DNA from: Clostridium sp. CAG:762
GTDB lineage: Bacteria > Bacillota_I > Bacilli_A > RF39 > UBA660
Length of the DNA: 64,000 nucleotides
Direction of reading: 5' to 3'
Assembly: GCA_000432575.1 (NCBI GenBank)
Contig: HF996832.1
Span: 4,632 to 68,631 of the forward strand
Shown: positions 28,693 to 37,287 of the stretch, piece after piece
How the letters are laid out: each line of letters starts with the position of its first letter
How positions within the stretch are numbered: the first letter of the stretch is position 1
Notes under the pieces: generated by a model
Told to the model about the DNA's origin: nothing
Database searches by the model: none
The model's input: only the letters and a program-made list of their open reading frames with translations
Position numbers and translations under genes: made by a program

Positions 28693-30765
28693 ATGGCTCG
28701 TAAAATAAGTTTAGAGAAAACAAGAAACATAGGAATTATGGCTCATATTGATGCTGGTAAAACAACCACTACTGAACGTATTTTATTCCATACCCATAAG
28801 ATTCATAAAATTGGTGAAACCCATGATGGTGAATCACAAATGGACTGGATGGCTCAAGAGCAAGAACGTGGTATTACTATTACAAGTGCTGCAACTACTG
28901 CTTTTTGGAAAGATTATCGTTTAAACATCATTGATACCCCAGGACACGTTGACTTTACAATAGAAGTACAAAGAAGCCTTAGAGTGCTTGATGGTGCTGT
29001 TGCCTTAATCGATGCTCAAGCTGGTGTTGAACCTCAAACCGAAACAGTATGGAGACAAGCAAATGACTACAAAGTACCAAGAATCATATTTGCCAACAAA
29101 ATGGGCAAAATGGGTGCTGACTTCCTATATAGCCTAGGAACAATCAAAGATCGTTTAGGGGCTAAAACCGCTGCAATTCAATTACCAATTGGAGCTGAAA
29201 GTGATTTCACAGGCACTATTGACTTAGTTACTATGAAAGCATACGAATATGATGGCAAACCTGAAGAGAACTTAAAAGAAATCGAAATTCCTAGTGATAT
29301 GCTAGAAAAAGCAAAAGAAATGCGTAATCAACTAATCGAAACAGTAGCAGATTACGACGAAGACTTAATGATGAAATACTTAGATGGTGAAGAAATTGGA
29401 GTAGAAGAACTTAAGAAAGCAATAAGAAAAGGAACACTTGATGTTACATTCTTCCCACTTATGTGTGGTGATGCTTTAAGTAATAAAGGTGTTAAATTAT
29501 TACTTGATGCCGTTATCGACTATTTACCAGCACCTACTGATGTTGAAGCAATTGAATGTACCGATGCTAAAGGTAATGTTGTTTTAAGACATCCAGGTGA
29601 TAATGAACCATTTACAGCATTAGCATTTAAAGTTATGACTGACCCTTATGTTGGTAGACTTACATTCTTTAGAATTTATTCAGGAACATTGAAAAGTGGT
29701 TCATACATTCTAAATTCAACTAAAAACGTTAAAGAAAGAGTTGGAAGACTTTTACAAATGCATGCTAATCACCGTGAAGAAATCGATGAAGTTTACTGTG
29801 GTGATATTGCCGCTATTGTTGGTTTAAAAAATACTACTACCGCAGATACACTATGTGATGAGAAGAACCCAGTTGTCCTAAAAGGTATGGACTTCCCAGA
29901 ACCAGTTATTGCCCAAGCAGTAGAACCAAAAACTAAAAATGACCAAGATAAGATGGCTTTAGCATTACAAAAACTTGCGGAAGAAGATCCAACATTTAGA
30001 ATGCATACTGACCATGAAACAGGTCAAACTGTTATCGAAGGTATGGGTGAATTGCACCTAGATATTATCGTTGATAGAATGAGAAGAGAATTTGGTGTCG
30101 AAGCAACTGTTGGAGCACCACAAGTAGCATATCGTGAAACATTAACACAAACCGCAGAATGTGAAGGAAAATACATCAAGCAATCAGGTGGTCGTGGACA
30201 ATACGGACATGTTTGGGTTAGATTTGAACCAAACCCTGAAAAAGGATATGAATTCGTTGACAATATCGTTGGTGGTGTAGTACCAAGAGAATATATTGGT
30301 GTTGTAGATAAAGGCTTACAAGAAGCTTTAGCTACTGGTGTACTTGCTGGTTATCCAATGGTAGATGTTAAATGTACATTATTTGATGGCTCATATCATG
30401 ATGTAGACTCATCAGAGATGGCATTTAAAATTGCAGCATCTATGGCTTTAAAAGAAGCTAAAAACAAATGTAAACCAATATTACTAGAACCAATTATGAA
30501 GGTAGTAGTAGTGGCTCCTGAAGAATACACAGGTGGTGTTATGGGAGATATCACATCACGTCGTGGTAAACCAATAGGCCAAGAAGCAAGAGGCAATGCA
30601 ATTAGTTTCCAAGCTATGGTACCACTATCAGAGATGTTTGGTTATGCAACAAGCTTACGTTCTAATACTCAAGGACGTGGAACATTTACAATGACTATGG
30701 ATCATTATGAAGAAGTTCCAAAATCAATTGCTGAAACTATTATTAAAAGAAATGGTGGCAATTAA
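28693..30765 (+). CDS. fusA: Translation elongation factor G
   Basis: [23 protein letters not shown] and NKMD blocks. 690 aa. Confidence 0.98.
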   Translation: MARKISLEKTRNIGIMAHIDAGKTTTTERILFHTHKIHKIGETHDGESQMDWMAQEQERGITITSAATTAFWKDYRLNIIDTPGHVDFTIEVQRSLRVLDGAVALIDAQAGVEPQTETVWRQANDYKVPRIIFANKMGKMGADFLYSLGTIKDRLGAKTAAIQLPIGAESDFTGTIDLVTMKAYEYDGKPEENLKEIEIPSDMLEKAKEMRNQLIETVADYDEDLMMKYLDGEEIGVEELKKAIRKGTLDVTFFPLMCGDALSNKGVKLLLDAVIDYLPAPTDVEAIECTDAKGNVVLRHPGDNEPFTALAFKVMTDPYVGRLTFFRIYSGTLKSGSYILNSTKNVKERVGRLLQMHANHREEIDEVYCGDIAAIVGLKNTTTADTLCDEKNPVVLKGMDFPEPVIAQAVEPKTKNDQDKMALALQKLAEEDPTFRMHTDHETGQTVIEGMGELHLDIIVDRMRREFGVEATVGAPQVAYRETLTQTAECEGKYIKQSGGRGQYGHVWVRFEPNPEKGYEFVDNIVGGVVPREYIGVVDKGLQEALATGVLAGYPMVDVKCTLFDGSYHDVDSSEMAFKIAASMALKEAKNKCKPILLEPIMKVVVVAPEEYTGGVMGDITSRRGKPIGQEARGNAISFQAMVPLSEMFGYATSLRSNTQGRGTFTMTMDHYEEVPKSIAETIIKRNGGN

Positions 30766-30860
30766 TCAAAAATATTAATAAAATTACTAAAAAAACTTGT
30801 ATTTTTCCAAAAATTTGGTAAAATAGAATAGTAAATCAATATGAAAGAGAGGAAAAAATT

Positions 30861-32045
30861 ATGGCAAAACAAAAATTTGACCGTTCAAAACCACACGTTA
30901 ACATTGGTACAATTGGCCATGTTGACCATGGTAAAACAACCTTAACTGCGGCAATTACAAAAAGACAAGCAGAAAAATTTGGTGGAGAATTTGTTGATTA
31001 TGCAAATATCGATAAGGCTCCAGAAGAAAGAGAAAGAGGTATCACAATTAACACAGCTCACGTTGAATACCAAACAGCAAAAAGACACTATGCTCACGTT
31101 GACTGTCCTGGACACGCTGACTATGTTAAAAATATGATTACTGGTGCAGCACAAATGGATGGAGCTATCCTAGTTATTGCTGCAACTGATGGACCTATGG
31201 CTCAAACAAGAGAACACATCTTATTATCAAGACAAGTTGGAGTTCCTAGAATGGTAGTGTTCATGAACAAATGTGATATGGTTGATGATGAAGAATTACT
31301 AGACCTAGTAGAAATGGAAATCAGAGAATTATTAAATGAATATGGTTTCGATGGAGATAACACTCCAATTATTAGAGGTTCTGCATTAAAAGCTCTTGAA
31401 GGAGACCCTAAATATGTAGAAGCTATTGATAAATTAATGGATGCTGTTGATGAATGGATTCCAACACCAGTAAGAGATACTGATAAACCATTCTTAATGA
31501 GCATTGAAGATGTGTTTACTATCACTGGTCGTGGAACAGTAGTAACTGGTCGTGTTGAAAGAGGTAAATTAAAACTTAATGATACTGTAGAAATCGTTGG
31601 ATTAAAACCTACTAAATCAACAGTAGTAACTGGTATTGAAATGTTTAGAAAACAACTTGATTTTGCAGAAGCAGGAGATAATGCTGGTGTATTATTACGT
31701 GGTATTTCTCGTGAAGATGTAGAACGTGGTCAAGTATTAGCTAAACCAGGAAGTGTTACTCCACATACTAAGTTTAAAGCTGAAGTATACGTACTATCTA
31801 AAGAAGAAGGTGGAAGACATACTCCATTCTTCAGTAACTATCGTCCTCAATTCTATTTTAGAACTACAGACGTTACAGGTGTAGTACAATTACCTCAAGG
31901 TGTTGAAATGGTTATGCCAGGAGATAATGTTACTATGGAAGTTGAACTTATCGCGCCAATTGCCGTTGAAAACGGAACTGAATTCTCAATTCGTGAAGGC
32001 GGACGTACAGTTGGTGCTGGTAAAGTAACAGAAATCTTAAAGTAA
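30861..32045 (+). CDS. tuf: Translation elongation factor Tu
   Basis: [23 protein letters not shown] and NKCD blocks. 394 aa. Confidence 0.98.
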   Translation: MAKQKFDRSKPHVNIGTIGHVDHGKTTLTAAITKRQAEKFGGEFVDYANIDKAPEERERGITINTAHVEYQTAKRHYAHVDCPGHADYVKNMITGAAQMDGAILVIAATDGPMAQTREHILLSRQVGVPRMVVFMNKCDMVDDEELLDLVEMEIRELLNEYGFDGDNTPIIRGSALKALEGDPKYVEAIDKLMDAVDEWIPTPVRDTDKPFLMSIEDVFTITGRGTVVTGRVERGKLKLNDTVEIVGLKPTKSTVVTGIEMFRKQLDFAEAGDNAGVLLRGISREDVERGQVLAKPGSVTPHTKFKAEVYVLSKEEGGRHTPFFSNYRPQFYFRTTDVTGVVQLPQGVEMVMPGDNVTMEVELIAPIAVENGTEFSIREGGRTVGAGKVTEILK

Positions 32046-32056
32046 TTAGAAATTAA

Positions 32057-32086
32057 ATAGATAAGTTAATTCTTGTCTATTTTTTC
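32057..32086 (+). terminator. tuf terminator
   Basis: ATAGATAAG-6 nt-CTTGTCTAT (one G-U pair) followed by TTTTTT. Confidence 0.75.
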
Positions 32087-32113
32087 TTTTGCTACGCTGT
32101 TGTAGTTCCATAG

Positions 32114-32304
32114 ATGAAAATATTAAAAAATGTATTGCAATATAAATTTATAAATAGTATTACAGGAAACATTTATGGAGTATATGATATGTCAAGTGGA
32201 GCACATAAATATGTAATGGGAAATTATAATAAAACAGCAATCGTTACTATACCAGTGCTGACATGAGTGATGGCTTTCGTGCAGTTCTCTTTATAATAAA
32301 ATAA
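32114..32304 (+). pseudogene. Decayed fragment of a paralog of the 3' end of the 44887-47349 gene
   Basis: Frame a gives ITGNIYGVYDMSSGAHKYVMGNYN, matching TGNVTGIYDMAGGSWEYVMGVMQDN. After a stop and frame change, RYYTSADMSDGFRAVLFIIK* matches RAYGTGSENTGFRVVLSTTK*. About 100 codons between the two pieces are missing. Confidence 0.75.
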
Positions 32305-32334
32305 ATCTATATAACTAAAAGGCAATAGCAAATG

Positions 32335-32376
32335 CCTTATATAAGTACAGTAATAAGGGATATCTGTACTTTTTTT
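32335..32376 (+). repeat. Copy 1 of a 42-nt repeat containing a terminator hairpin (copy 2 at 47419-47461)
   Basis: CCTTATATaAGTACAGTAATAAGGGATATCTGTACTTTTTTT is identical to the other copy apart from one base and the T-run length. Confidence 0.9.
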
Positions 32377-32386
32377 ATCTTAAATA

Positions 32387-32415
32387 TTTACATTTTATTT
32401 ATGTTATGATACAAT
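32387..32415 (+). promoter_or_regulatory. Sigma-A promoter driving tRNA-Gln plus the GluRS-like gene
   Basis: TTTACA-17 nt-TACAAT, ending 12 nt before the tRNA 5' end. Confidence 0.65.
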
Positions 32416-32427
32416 TTCTATGTTGCT

Positions 32428-32503
32428 TGCCTAGTAGCCAAGCGGTAAGGCATCGGACTCTGACTCCGACACTTCATAGGTTCGAATCCTATCTAGGCAG
32501 CCA
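32428..32503 (+). tRNA. tRNA-Gln (anticodon CTG), CCA encoded
   Basis: Acceptor stem TGCCTAG/CTAGGCA, D region GCCAAGCGGTAAGGCA (the same as E. coli tRNA-Gln), anticodon stem TCGGA/TCCGA with loop CTCTGAC, T arm ATAGG-TTCGAAT-CCTAT, discriminator G, then CCA. Confidence 0.85.
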
Positions 32504-32525
32504 TTTTATTATAGAAGGTGAAAAA

Positions 32526-34181
32526 ATGAATATAAAAGAATATGCTAATTATTTAATACCAAATGTTAAGCATGAATATGATTATTACTTAGATTTATAT
32601 AAAAAAAGAAATTTAAAAGAAGGTGCATATGTATTAAGAAGTGCTCCTAGTCCTACTGGGAAAGTTCATATTGGTAGTTTGATGAATGCTTTAATTAATA
32701 CATGGTTTGCTAAACAAACTAGTGGTATTTGTTATTTAAGAATTGAAGATACTGATCAAAAGAGATTAATAGAAGATGGTATAAATGGTATAATAAATGA
32801 TTTTAATGACTTAAATATTCATTTTGATGAGTATCCTAATCATGGAGAATATGGTCCCTATATTCAAAGTGAAAGAAGAGATATATATGCTTCTTTTGCC
32901 AAAAAACTTATTATGGAAGGATTAGCATATCCATGTTTTTGTTCTAGTTGTGAATTAGATTCTATTAGGAAAGAACAAATAGATAAAAAAGATAGAATTG
33001 GTTATTATGGTAAATATGCTAAATGTAGAGATTTAACTATGGATGAGGCTATTGCTAGAATTAATAATAATGAGCCATATATTATAAGATTAAAATCTTT
33101 AGGTGATTTTAATAAGAAAATAGTGCTTAATGATTTAATTAAGGGGCAAATAGAAATGCCTGAGAATGATATTGATGTGGTAATTATTAAGAGCGATGGG
33201 CTTCCTACATATCATTTTGCACATGCTGTGGACGATTTTTTGATGGGTACTACGCATGTAATAAGAGGGGATGAGTGGTTATCTAGTTATCCTATTCATT
33301 ATGAGTTATTTAAGGTATTAGGTTTTAAACAACCTAAATATGCACATATGGCTCCGATAAATATTAAAGAAGAAGATACTGTTAGAAAGATAAGTAAAAG
33401 GAAGGATCCATGGGCAAGAATAAGTTATTATGATGAGATGGGGATTCCTACGGAGGCTTTGAAGTTATACATTGCAACGCTTACTAATTCTAATTTTGAG
33501 GATTGGTATAATACAAATCAGGATAAGGATATTAGTGATTTTACTTTTTCATTTAAGAAAATGTCTCTTAATGGACCAATTTTTGATCCTTTGAAATTGA
33601 GTAATATTGCTAAGACTTATATTAGTAGATTAAAGGCTGATAAGTTATATGAATATTTAGTTAATTATACTAAGAAATATGATTTAGAATTTTATCAATT
33701 AATAACTAAATATAAAGATTATACTATAGATATTTTAAATATTGAGAGGAATATTAAGAAACCAAGAAAGGATTTTACTAATTATCAGGATATAAGGAAA
33801 CATATTTGGTATATGTATAATGAATTGTTTAATTTAAATGAAGATAAATATGATGATGTAGAAATAAAATCATATTATAATAAGGATATATTGTTAGATT
33901 ATATTAACAATTATTATGATGTTAATGATGATAAAGATGTGTGGTATGAAAAAATAAAGGAGCTAGGGATAAAATATAATTTTTGTCCATCTGTTAAGGA
34001 ATATAAGGAAAATCCTAGTAATTATTCAGGGCATGTGGGGGATGTGTGTGAGTTAATTAGGGTGTGTGTAACTTCGTTAACTATGACTCCTGATTTGTAT
34101 GAGATATTGAGGTTATTAGGTAAGGAAAATATAAATAAGAGAATTAATTTATTTAATGAGTATTTAGATAAAAAATTATAA
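32526..34181 (+). CDS. gltX: Glutamyl-tRNA synthetase-like class I aaRS (551 aa) with a long, divergent C-terminal domain
   Basis: SAPSPTGKVHIGS (HIGH), LRIEDTDQKR, YIQSERRDIY, AYPCFC and KISKRK (KMSKS). ATG 32526 follows GAAGGTG. The ORF-track start at 32406 overlaps the tRNA and was rejected. Confidence 0.85.
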   Translation: MNIKEYANYLIPNVKHEYDYYLDLYKKRNLKEGAYVLRSAPSPTGKVHIGSLMNALINTWFAKQTSGICYLRIEDTDQKRLIEDGINGIINDFNDLNIHFDEYPNHGEYGPYIQSERRDIYASFAKKLIMEGLAYPCFCSSCELDSIRKEQIDKKDRIGYYGKYAKCRDLTMDEAIARINNNEPYIIRLKSLGDFNKKIVLNDLIKGQIEMPENDIDVVIIKSDGLPTYHFAHAVDDFLMGTTHVIRGDEWLSSYPIHYELFKVLGFKQPKYAHMAPINIKEEDTVRKISKRKDPWARISYYDEMGIPTEALKLYIATLTNSNFEDWYNTNQDKDISDFTFSFKKMSLNGPIFDPLKLSNIAKTYISRLKADKLYEYLVNYTKKYDLEFYQLITKYKDYTIDILNIERNIKKPRKDFTNYQDIRKHIWYMYNELFNLNEDKYDDVEIKSYYNKDILLDYINNYYDVNDDKDVWYEKIKELGIKYNFCPSVKEYKENPSNYSGHVGDVCELIRVCVTSLTMTPDLYEILRLLGKENINKRINLFNEYLDKKL

Positions 34182-34267
34182 TTTTTGATTATAATTTTTT
34201 TAATATATAAGTGTTTTTGTTTATACAAACTTTTTAATGGAACATATATTGTAATAGGTGAGTTTGT

Positions 34268-34846
34268 ATGAATAATAAATATAATGAATTAAATGAGAAT
34301 GTGGAATTCAAAAGAAAATTATTTAGTATTGGAATCTGTCCTATTATGGGACCGACTGGACCTAAGGGTGATAAGGGAGAAAGAGGAGAAAGAGGACCTC
34401 AGGGAATGCCTGGTGAAATACCAGTGTCATCTTATGAGGGATTGGCTTTTGCTAGTTTTACAGATGCTAAAAGTATAAACAATATGGAGTTTGAGAATAC
34501 TTGGCTTGTACCTAATGTATCACCTTATTTTACTTTACTTAATAATAGTGAGATAGAACTAATACCAGGAATTTATGAAATTTCTTTTTCAGGTACAATT
34601 GAAGGTGGTGATAATACTCATGGTGGGACATTTTATCTTCAAACGAGTGAAGGTTCTGCTTTGAAGGATTTAACTTTTACATTGCCGATTGATACTTTAG
34701 AAATGATGCATTTTTCTCAAACAATATTGTTTAGGTTTGATAAGGATACTGTTTTACAGGTACCAGTTGATATTTTAGGAGATTTAATTACTTCTAATGT
34801 TGAAATAAAAAATGTAACTCTACTTATCAAGAAAATACATGAATAA
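34268..34846 (+). CDS. Collagen-like (GXY) repeat protein with a BclA-like C-terminal globular domain
   Basis: Eight uninterrupted GXY triplets, GPTGPKGDKGERGERGPQGMPGEI (nt 34349-34420), followed by a ~140-aa beta-rich domain. RBS GGTGAG. Confidence 0.7.
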   Translation: MNNKYNELNENVEFKRKLFSIGICPIMGPTGPKGDKGERGERGPQGMPGEIPVSSYEGLAFASFTDAKSINNMEFENTWLVPNVSPYFTLLNNSEIELIPGIYEISFSGTIEGGDNTHGGTFYLQTSEGSALKDLTFTLPIDTLEMMHFSQTILFRFDKDTVLQVPVDILGDLITSNVEIKNVTLLIKKIHE

Positions 34847-34848
34847 TA

Positions 34849-34877
34849 TTGCCAAGAAAAAAAGAATGTGTTATAAT
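34849..34877 (+). promoter_or_regulatory. Sigma-A promoter (extended -10) upstream of tRNA-Glu
   Basis: TTGCCA-17 nt-TATAAT, with TGT immediately before the -10. Confidence 0.6.
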
Positions 34878-34913
34878 TTATTTGTTCTTATTTGAGAACA
34901 ATACTTCTTTTTT

Positions 34914-34989
34914 GGTCTGTTGGTGAAGTGGTTAACACGTCGCCCTCTCAAGGCGATATACATGGGTTCAAACCCCATACAGATCACCA
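34914..34989 (+). tRNA. tRNA-Glu (anticodon CTC), CCA encoded
   Basis: Acceptor GGTCTGT/ACAGATC (one G-U pair), D stem GTG/CAC, anticodon stem TCGCC/GGCGA with loop CTCTCAA, T arm ATGGG-TTCAAAC-CCCAT. Overall close to Bacillus tRNA-Glu. Confidence 0.85.
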
Positions 34990-35175
34990 GTATGTATTTT
35001 ACCCTTAGGAAATAAGGGTTTTTTAATAGGCTAATGTGTATTAGAAATATTTTTGGATGCTTTTTTCTTTGATATTTTGTAATAATATTTTTTTTGTTAA
35101 ATGATTATTTTTCAAAATTTAATTAGACATTTTATTAAATATAATTTATAATTTATATGTAAGGAGAAATTATTT

Positions 35176-35281
35176 ATGGTAAAAAAAAACAAACGTTACA
35201 AATTTTCCATTACTTGAAACAAATGATTATTTATTTGACGGCAACTTAGTTTTAAAACCAATTAAAAATGATGACGAGTAA
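35176..35281 (+). pseudogene. N-terminal remnant of a RimJ/RimL-type GNAT acetyltransferase, frameshifted at an A9 tract
   Basis: RBS AAGGAG plus ATG, then A9 (35181-35189). The other frame reads VTNFPLLETNDYLFDGNLVLKPIKNDDE*, like the GNAT N-terminal FP.LET.RL.LRP...D block, and stops after ~34 codons. Confidence 0.5.
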
Positions 35282-35460
35282 AGAATTATAAAGCACCAAA
35301 AGTTAAAAAAAAGTTTTTAAGAACAAAAATATAACTATTGTTATGGGATGCAGGCAACAACGTTATGTTGCAAATGATGGAGATGGATGCTAATTTAAGA
35401 CTTTTGTGAACTTTATTGACAAAAGTCTTAACTCTTAATAAATATTTGGTAGTGGAGTAT

Positions 35461-35899
35461 ATGAAAGATTATGTTATAAAAATATGCAAAAACGCAACGT
35501 ATGTTATAAACATTAAAAAAAGATAATGAGATAGTTAGCTTATTTAAATATAAAGTGGCAACATTAAATAAAAATATTCATAATAATAATATTTTCCAGT
35601 GTAGTATTGGTTCTAATAGAATATTTATTAGTTGTAATTTAGATTTAAGACCATGTCTTGTTGTACCTTTTAACTATAATTTAAAAAATATAAATATTAA
35701 AGATGCTTATAATAATTTTAAAAAGATAATAAATTATTATAAATTTAGTGATAACAATAAATGTAGGAATTGTTATAAAAAATCAATATGTAGATATTGC
35801 CCTGGCAGGTTTTATATGGAAACAGGAAATTATGAAATTGTTCCAAAATTTTATTGTGAATTAGCAGATAAAATAATTCAGGAGTTTGGTAAAATATGA
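35461..35899 (+). pseudogene. SPASM/twitch-domain-only remnant of a radical-SAM peptide maturase. No CxxxCxxC core is present
   Basis: The 35555-35899 ORF contains QCSIGSNRIFISCNLDLRPC and CRNCYKKSICRYCPG, the SPASM Cys pattern. An upstream 21-codon ORF (35461-35523) is out of frame across an A7 tract. Confidence 0.55.
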
Positions 35900-36357
35900 T
35901 TAGTTTAGATAAAAAAGAAGATTACATTTTAAAACAGATGTATGAAATATTAATAAGTAACTTATTTATAACATATCCCGATCTAGAGAAAGACAAGCAT
36001 GATAATAAAAAAAATTATTTAAAATGGATTAATATGATTAAAAGTAATAATGATTATCACGTTGTTGTTTATGAAGAAAACAATAAAGTAATTGGTTATT
36101 TAAATTATATGGTTATTGAAAATCAAATGTGGATATGTGAAGCACAAGTAAAAGATAAAAATAAAAAAATATTAAAAAAACTTATTACTTATTATATTAA
36201 ATTAAAAGATGTATCTACTTATGATAAAGTCACTATACATATAAATAGTAATAATATATTATCACAAAAAGTATTTACTCATATTGGATTTAAATTAATT
36301 AATAATACTTTGTATGAAATAAGTATGAAAGACTTAACTAAATGGTGTGAAAAGTAA
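35896..36357 (+). CDS. Putative GNAT-fold N-acetyltransferase (divergent)
   Basis: 153 aa. VIGYLNYMV..., a KKILKKLITYY helix and NNILSQKVFTHIGFK resemble GNAT motifs A and B. The ATGA overlap with the preceding ORF indicates translational coupling. Confidence 0.45.
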   Translation: MISLDKKEDYILKQMYEILISNLFITYPDLEKDKHDNKKNYLKWINMIKSNNDYHVVVYEENNKVIGYLNYMVIENQMWICEAQVKDKNKKILKKLITYYIKLKDVSTYDKVTIHINSNNILSQKVFTHIGFKLINNTLYEISMKDLTKWCEK

Positions 36358-36422
36358 ATAGTTAGTATTTGCTTTTTTCTTTATTCTATGTTATTATATA
36401 GGGGATTTTTGGGGGGCAGAAT

Positions 36423-37157
36423 ATGAATAATTTTGTTAATCGTGAGCACTTGAGTGTTTATTTGGAAACACTTAAGTATATAGGACAGGGTAGTCAAGGA
36501 GTATGTTATTTAAATATTAAAAATAATACTGTATATAAAATATTTCATGCTTATTATGATGACGAGGATGTTTATTGTGATGAAAAAGAAATATTAAAAT
36601 TTAGTAATATTCATAATGATACTTTTATTTGGCCTATTAATGTTGTAAGAGTAAATAAAGAGATAGTGGGTTATACTATGCCTTATGTTAAGGCAAGGAA
36701 TTTTCATGAAATAAATCCACTTAATATAAATTTAGATACTTTAAAAAAGGCTGTTAAGAAAACTTATCAAGATATTCTTTTAATTACTCAAAATAATGTT
36801 AGAATGTATGATACTACTTATAATGTTATGTATACTAGTGGGCATATTTATGTTATTGATACGATAGAATATGATTATGCAAAGGTAACATATTTAGAGA
36901 ATAGAGAGAGTATTGATGAGTTAGTTAAAATGTTTTTGGTAGATAATTATTTTGATTATTTTGTTAGAGATAGTAAGATATTAAGCGAGATGTATGATTG
37001 TAAGGGTGTAGATAGTATATCTTTTATAGAAGAATTTAAGAATGAATTAAGTAATTATATGGGAATGGAAATTAATACTTTAAATAAGGCTAAGTCGTTA
37101 GTTAAGAGAGTAAATATGCCTAGTTATGGAAGAAGTATAATTAAGATTAACTATTAG
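36423..37157 (+). CDS. Small protein-kinase-like fold protein (244 aa)
   Basis: Gly-rich loop IGQGSQGVCY followed by TVYKIF (VAIK-like Lys). YDTTYNVMY (D..N) and VIDTIEYD (DFG-like) lie downstream. Confidence 0.45.
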   Translation: MNNFVNREHLSVYLETLKYIGQGSQGVCYLNIKNNTVYKIFHAYYDDEDVYCDEKEILKFSNIHNDTFIWPINVVRVNKEIVGYTMPYVKARNFHEINPLNINLDTLKKAVKKTYQDILLITQNNVRMYDTTYNVMYTSGHIYVIDTIEYDYAKVTYLENRESIDELVKMFLVDNYFDYFVRDSKILSEMYDCKGVDSISFIEEFKNELSNYMGMEINTLNKAKSLVKRVNMPSYGRSIIKINY

Positions 37158-37174
37158 TAGTTAATTTTTTTTTT
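37147..37174 (+). terminator. Rho-independent terminator
   Basis: TTAACTA-ttag-TAGTTAA followed by T10. Confidence 0.75.
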
Positions 37175-37287
37175 ATGTGTTTTTGCTATGCTGTTATTAC
37201 AATATGTATAATAATTTCTAAATGGATAAATTCTTGTATTTAGTCTTATTTTATGTTAGAATTAATATAGAGAATGAGGTAGATAGG

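Noticed and set aside
32406-32525. The ORF-track start at 32406 for the GluRS-like gene.
   Set aside because: The extension is simply a translation of the tRNA-Gln gene. A proper SD and ATG exist at 32526.
32046-32525. A T-box or riboswitch leader upstream of the aminoacyl-tRNA synthetase gene, and riboswitches upstream of ppdK, tdk and gatC.
   Set aside because: No specifier-loop/T-box (AGGGTGGNACCGCG-like) or other recognisable riboswitch cores were seen. The gltX-like leader is occupied by a tRNA gene.
34293-34478. A 61-aa ORF in another frame of the collagen-like gene.
   Set aside because: It is an alternate reading of the GXY-coding repeat, with no SD. The main frame has clear collagen periodicity.
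13124-34864. A shared 14-mer TGCCAAGAAAAAAA at about 13124 and about 34851.
   Set aside because: Half of it is an A-run. At 34849 it is explained as the -35 box plus spacer of the tRNA-Glu promoter. This is probably chance.
35343-35393. MGCRQQRYVANDGDGC* as a Cys-containing RiPP precursor for the neighbouring SPASM protein.
   Set aside because: It has no SD. The sequence looks equally like a fragment of a SPASM domain itself (C..........DG..C). The maturase next door lacks its radical-SAM core, so a functional pathway is unlikely. It is retained only as part of the decayed-island finding.
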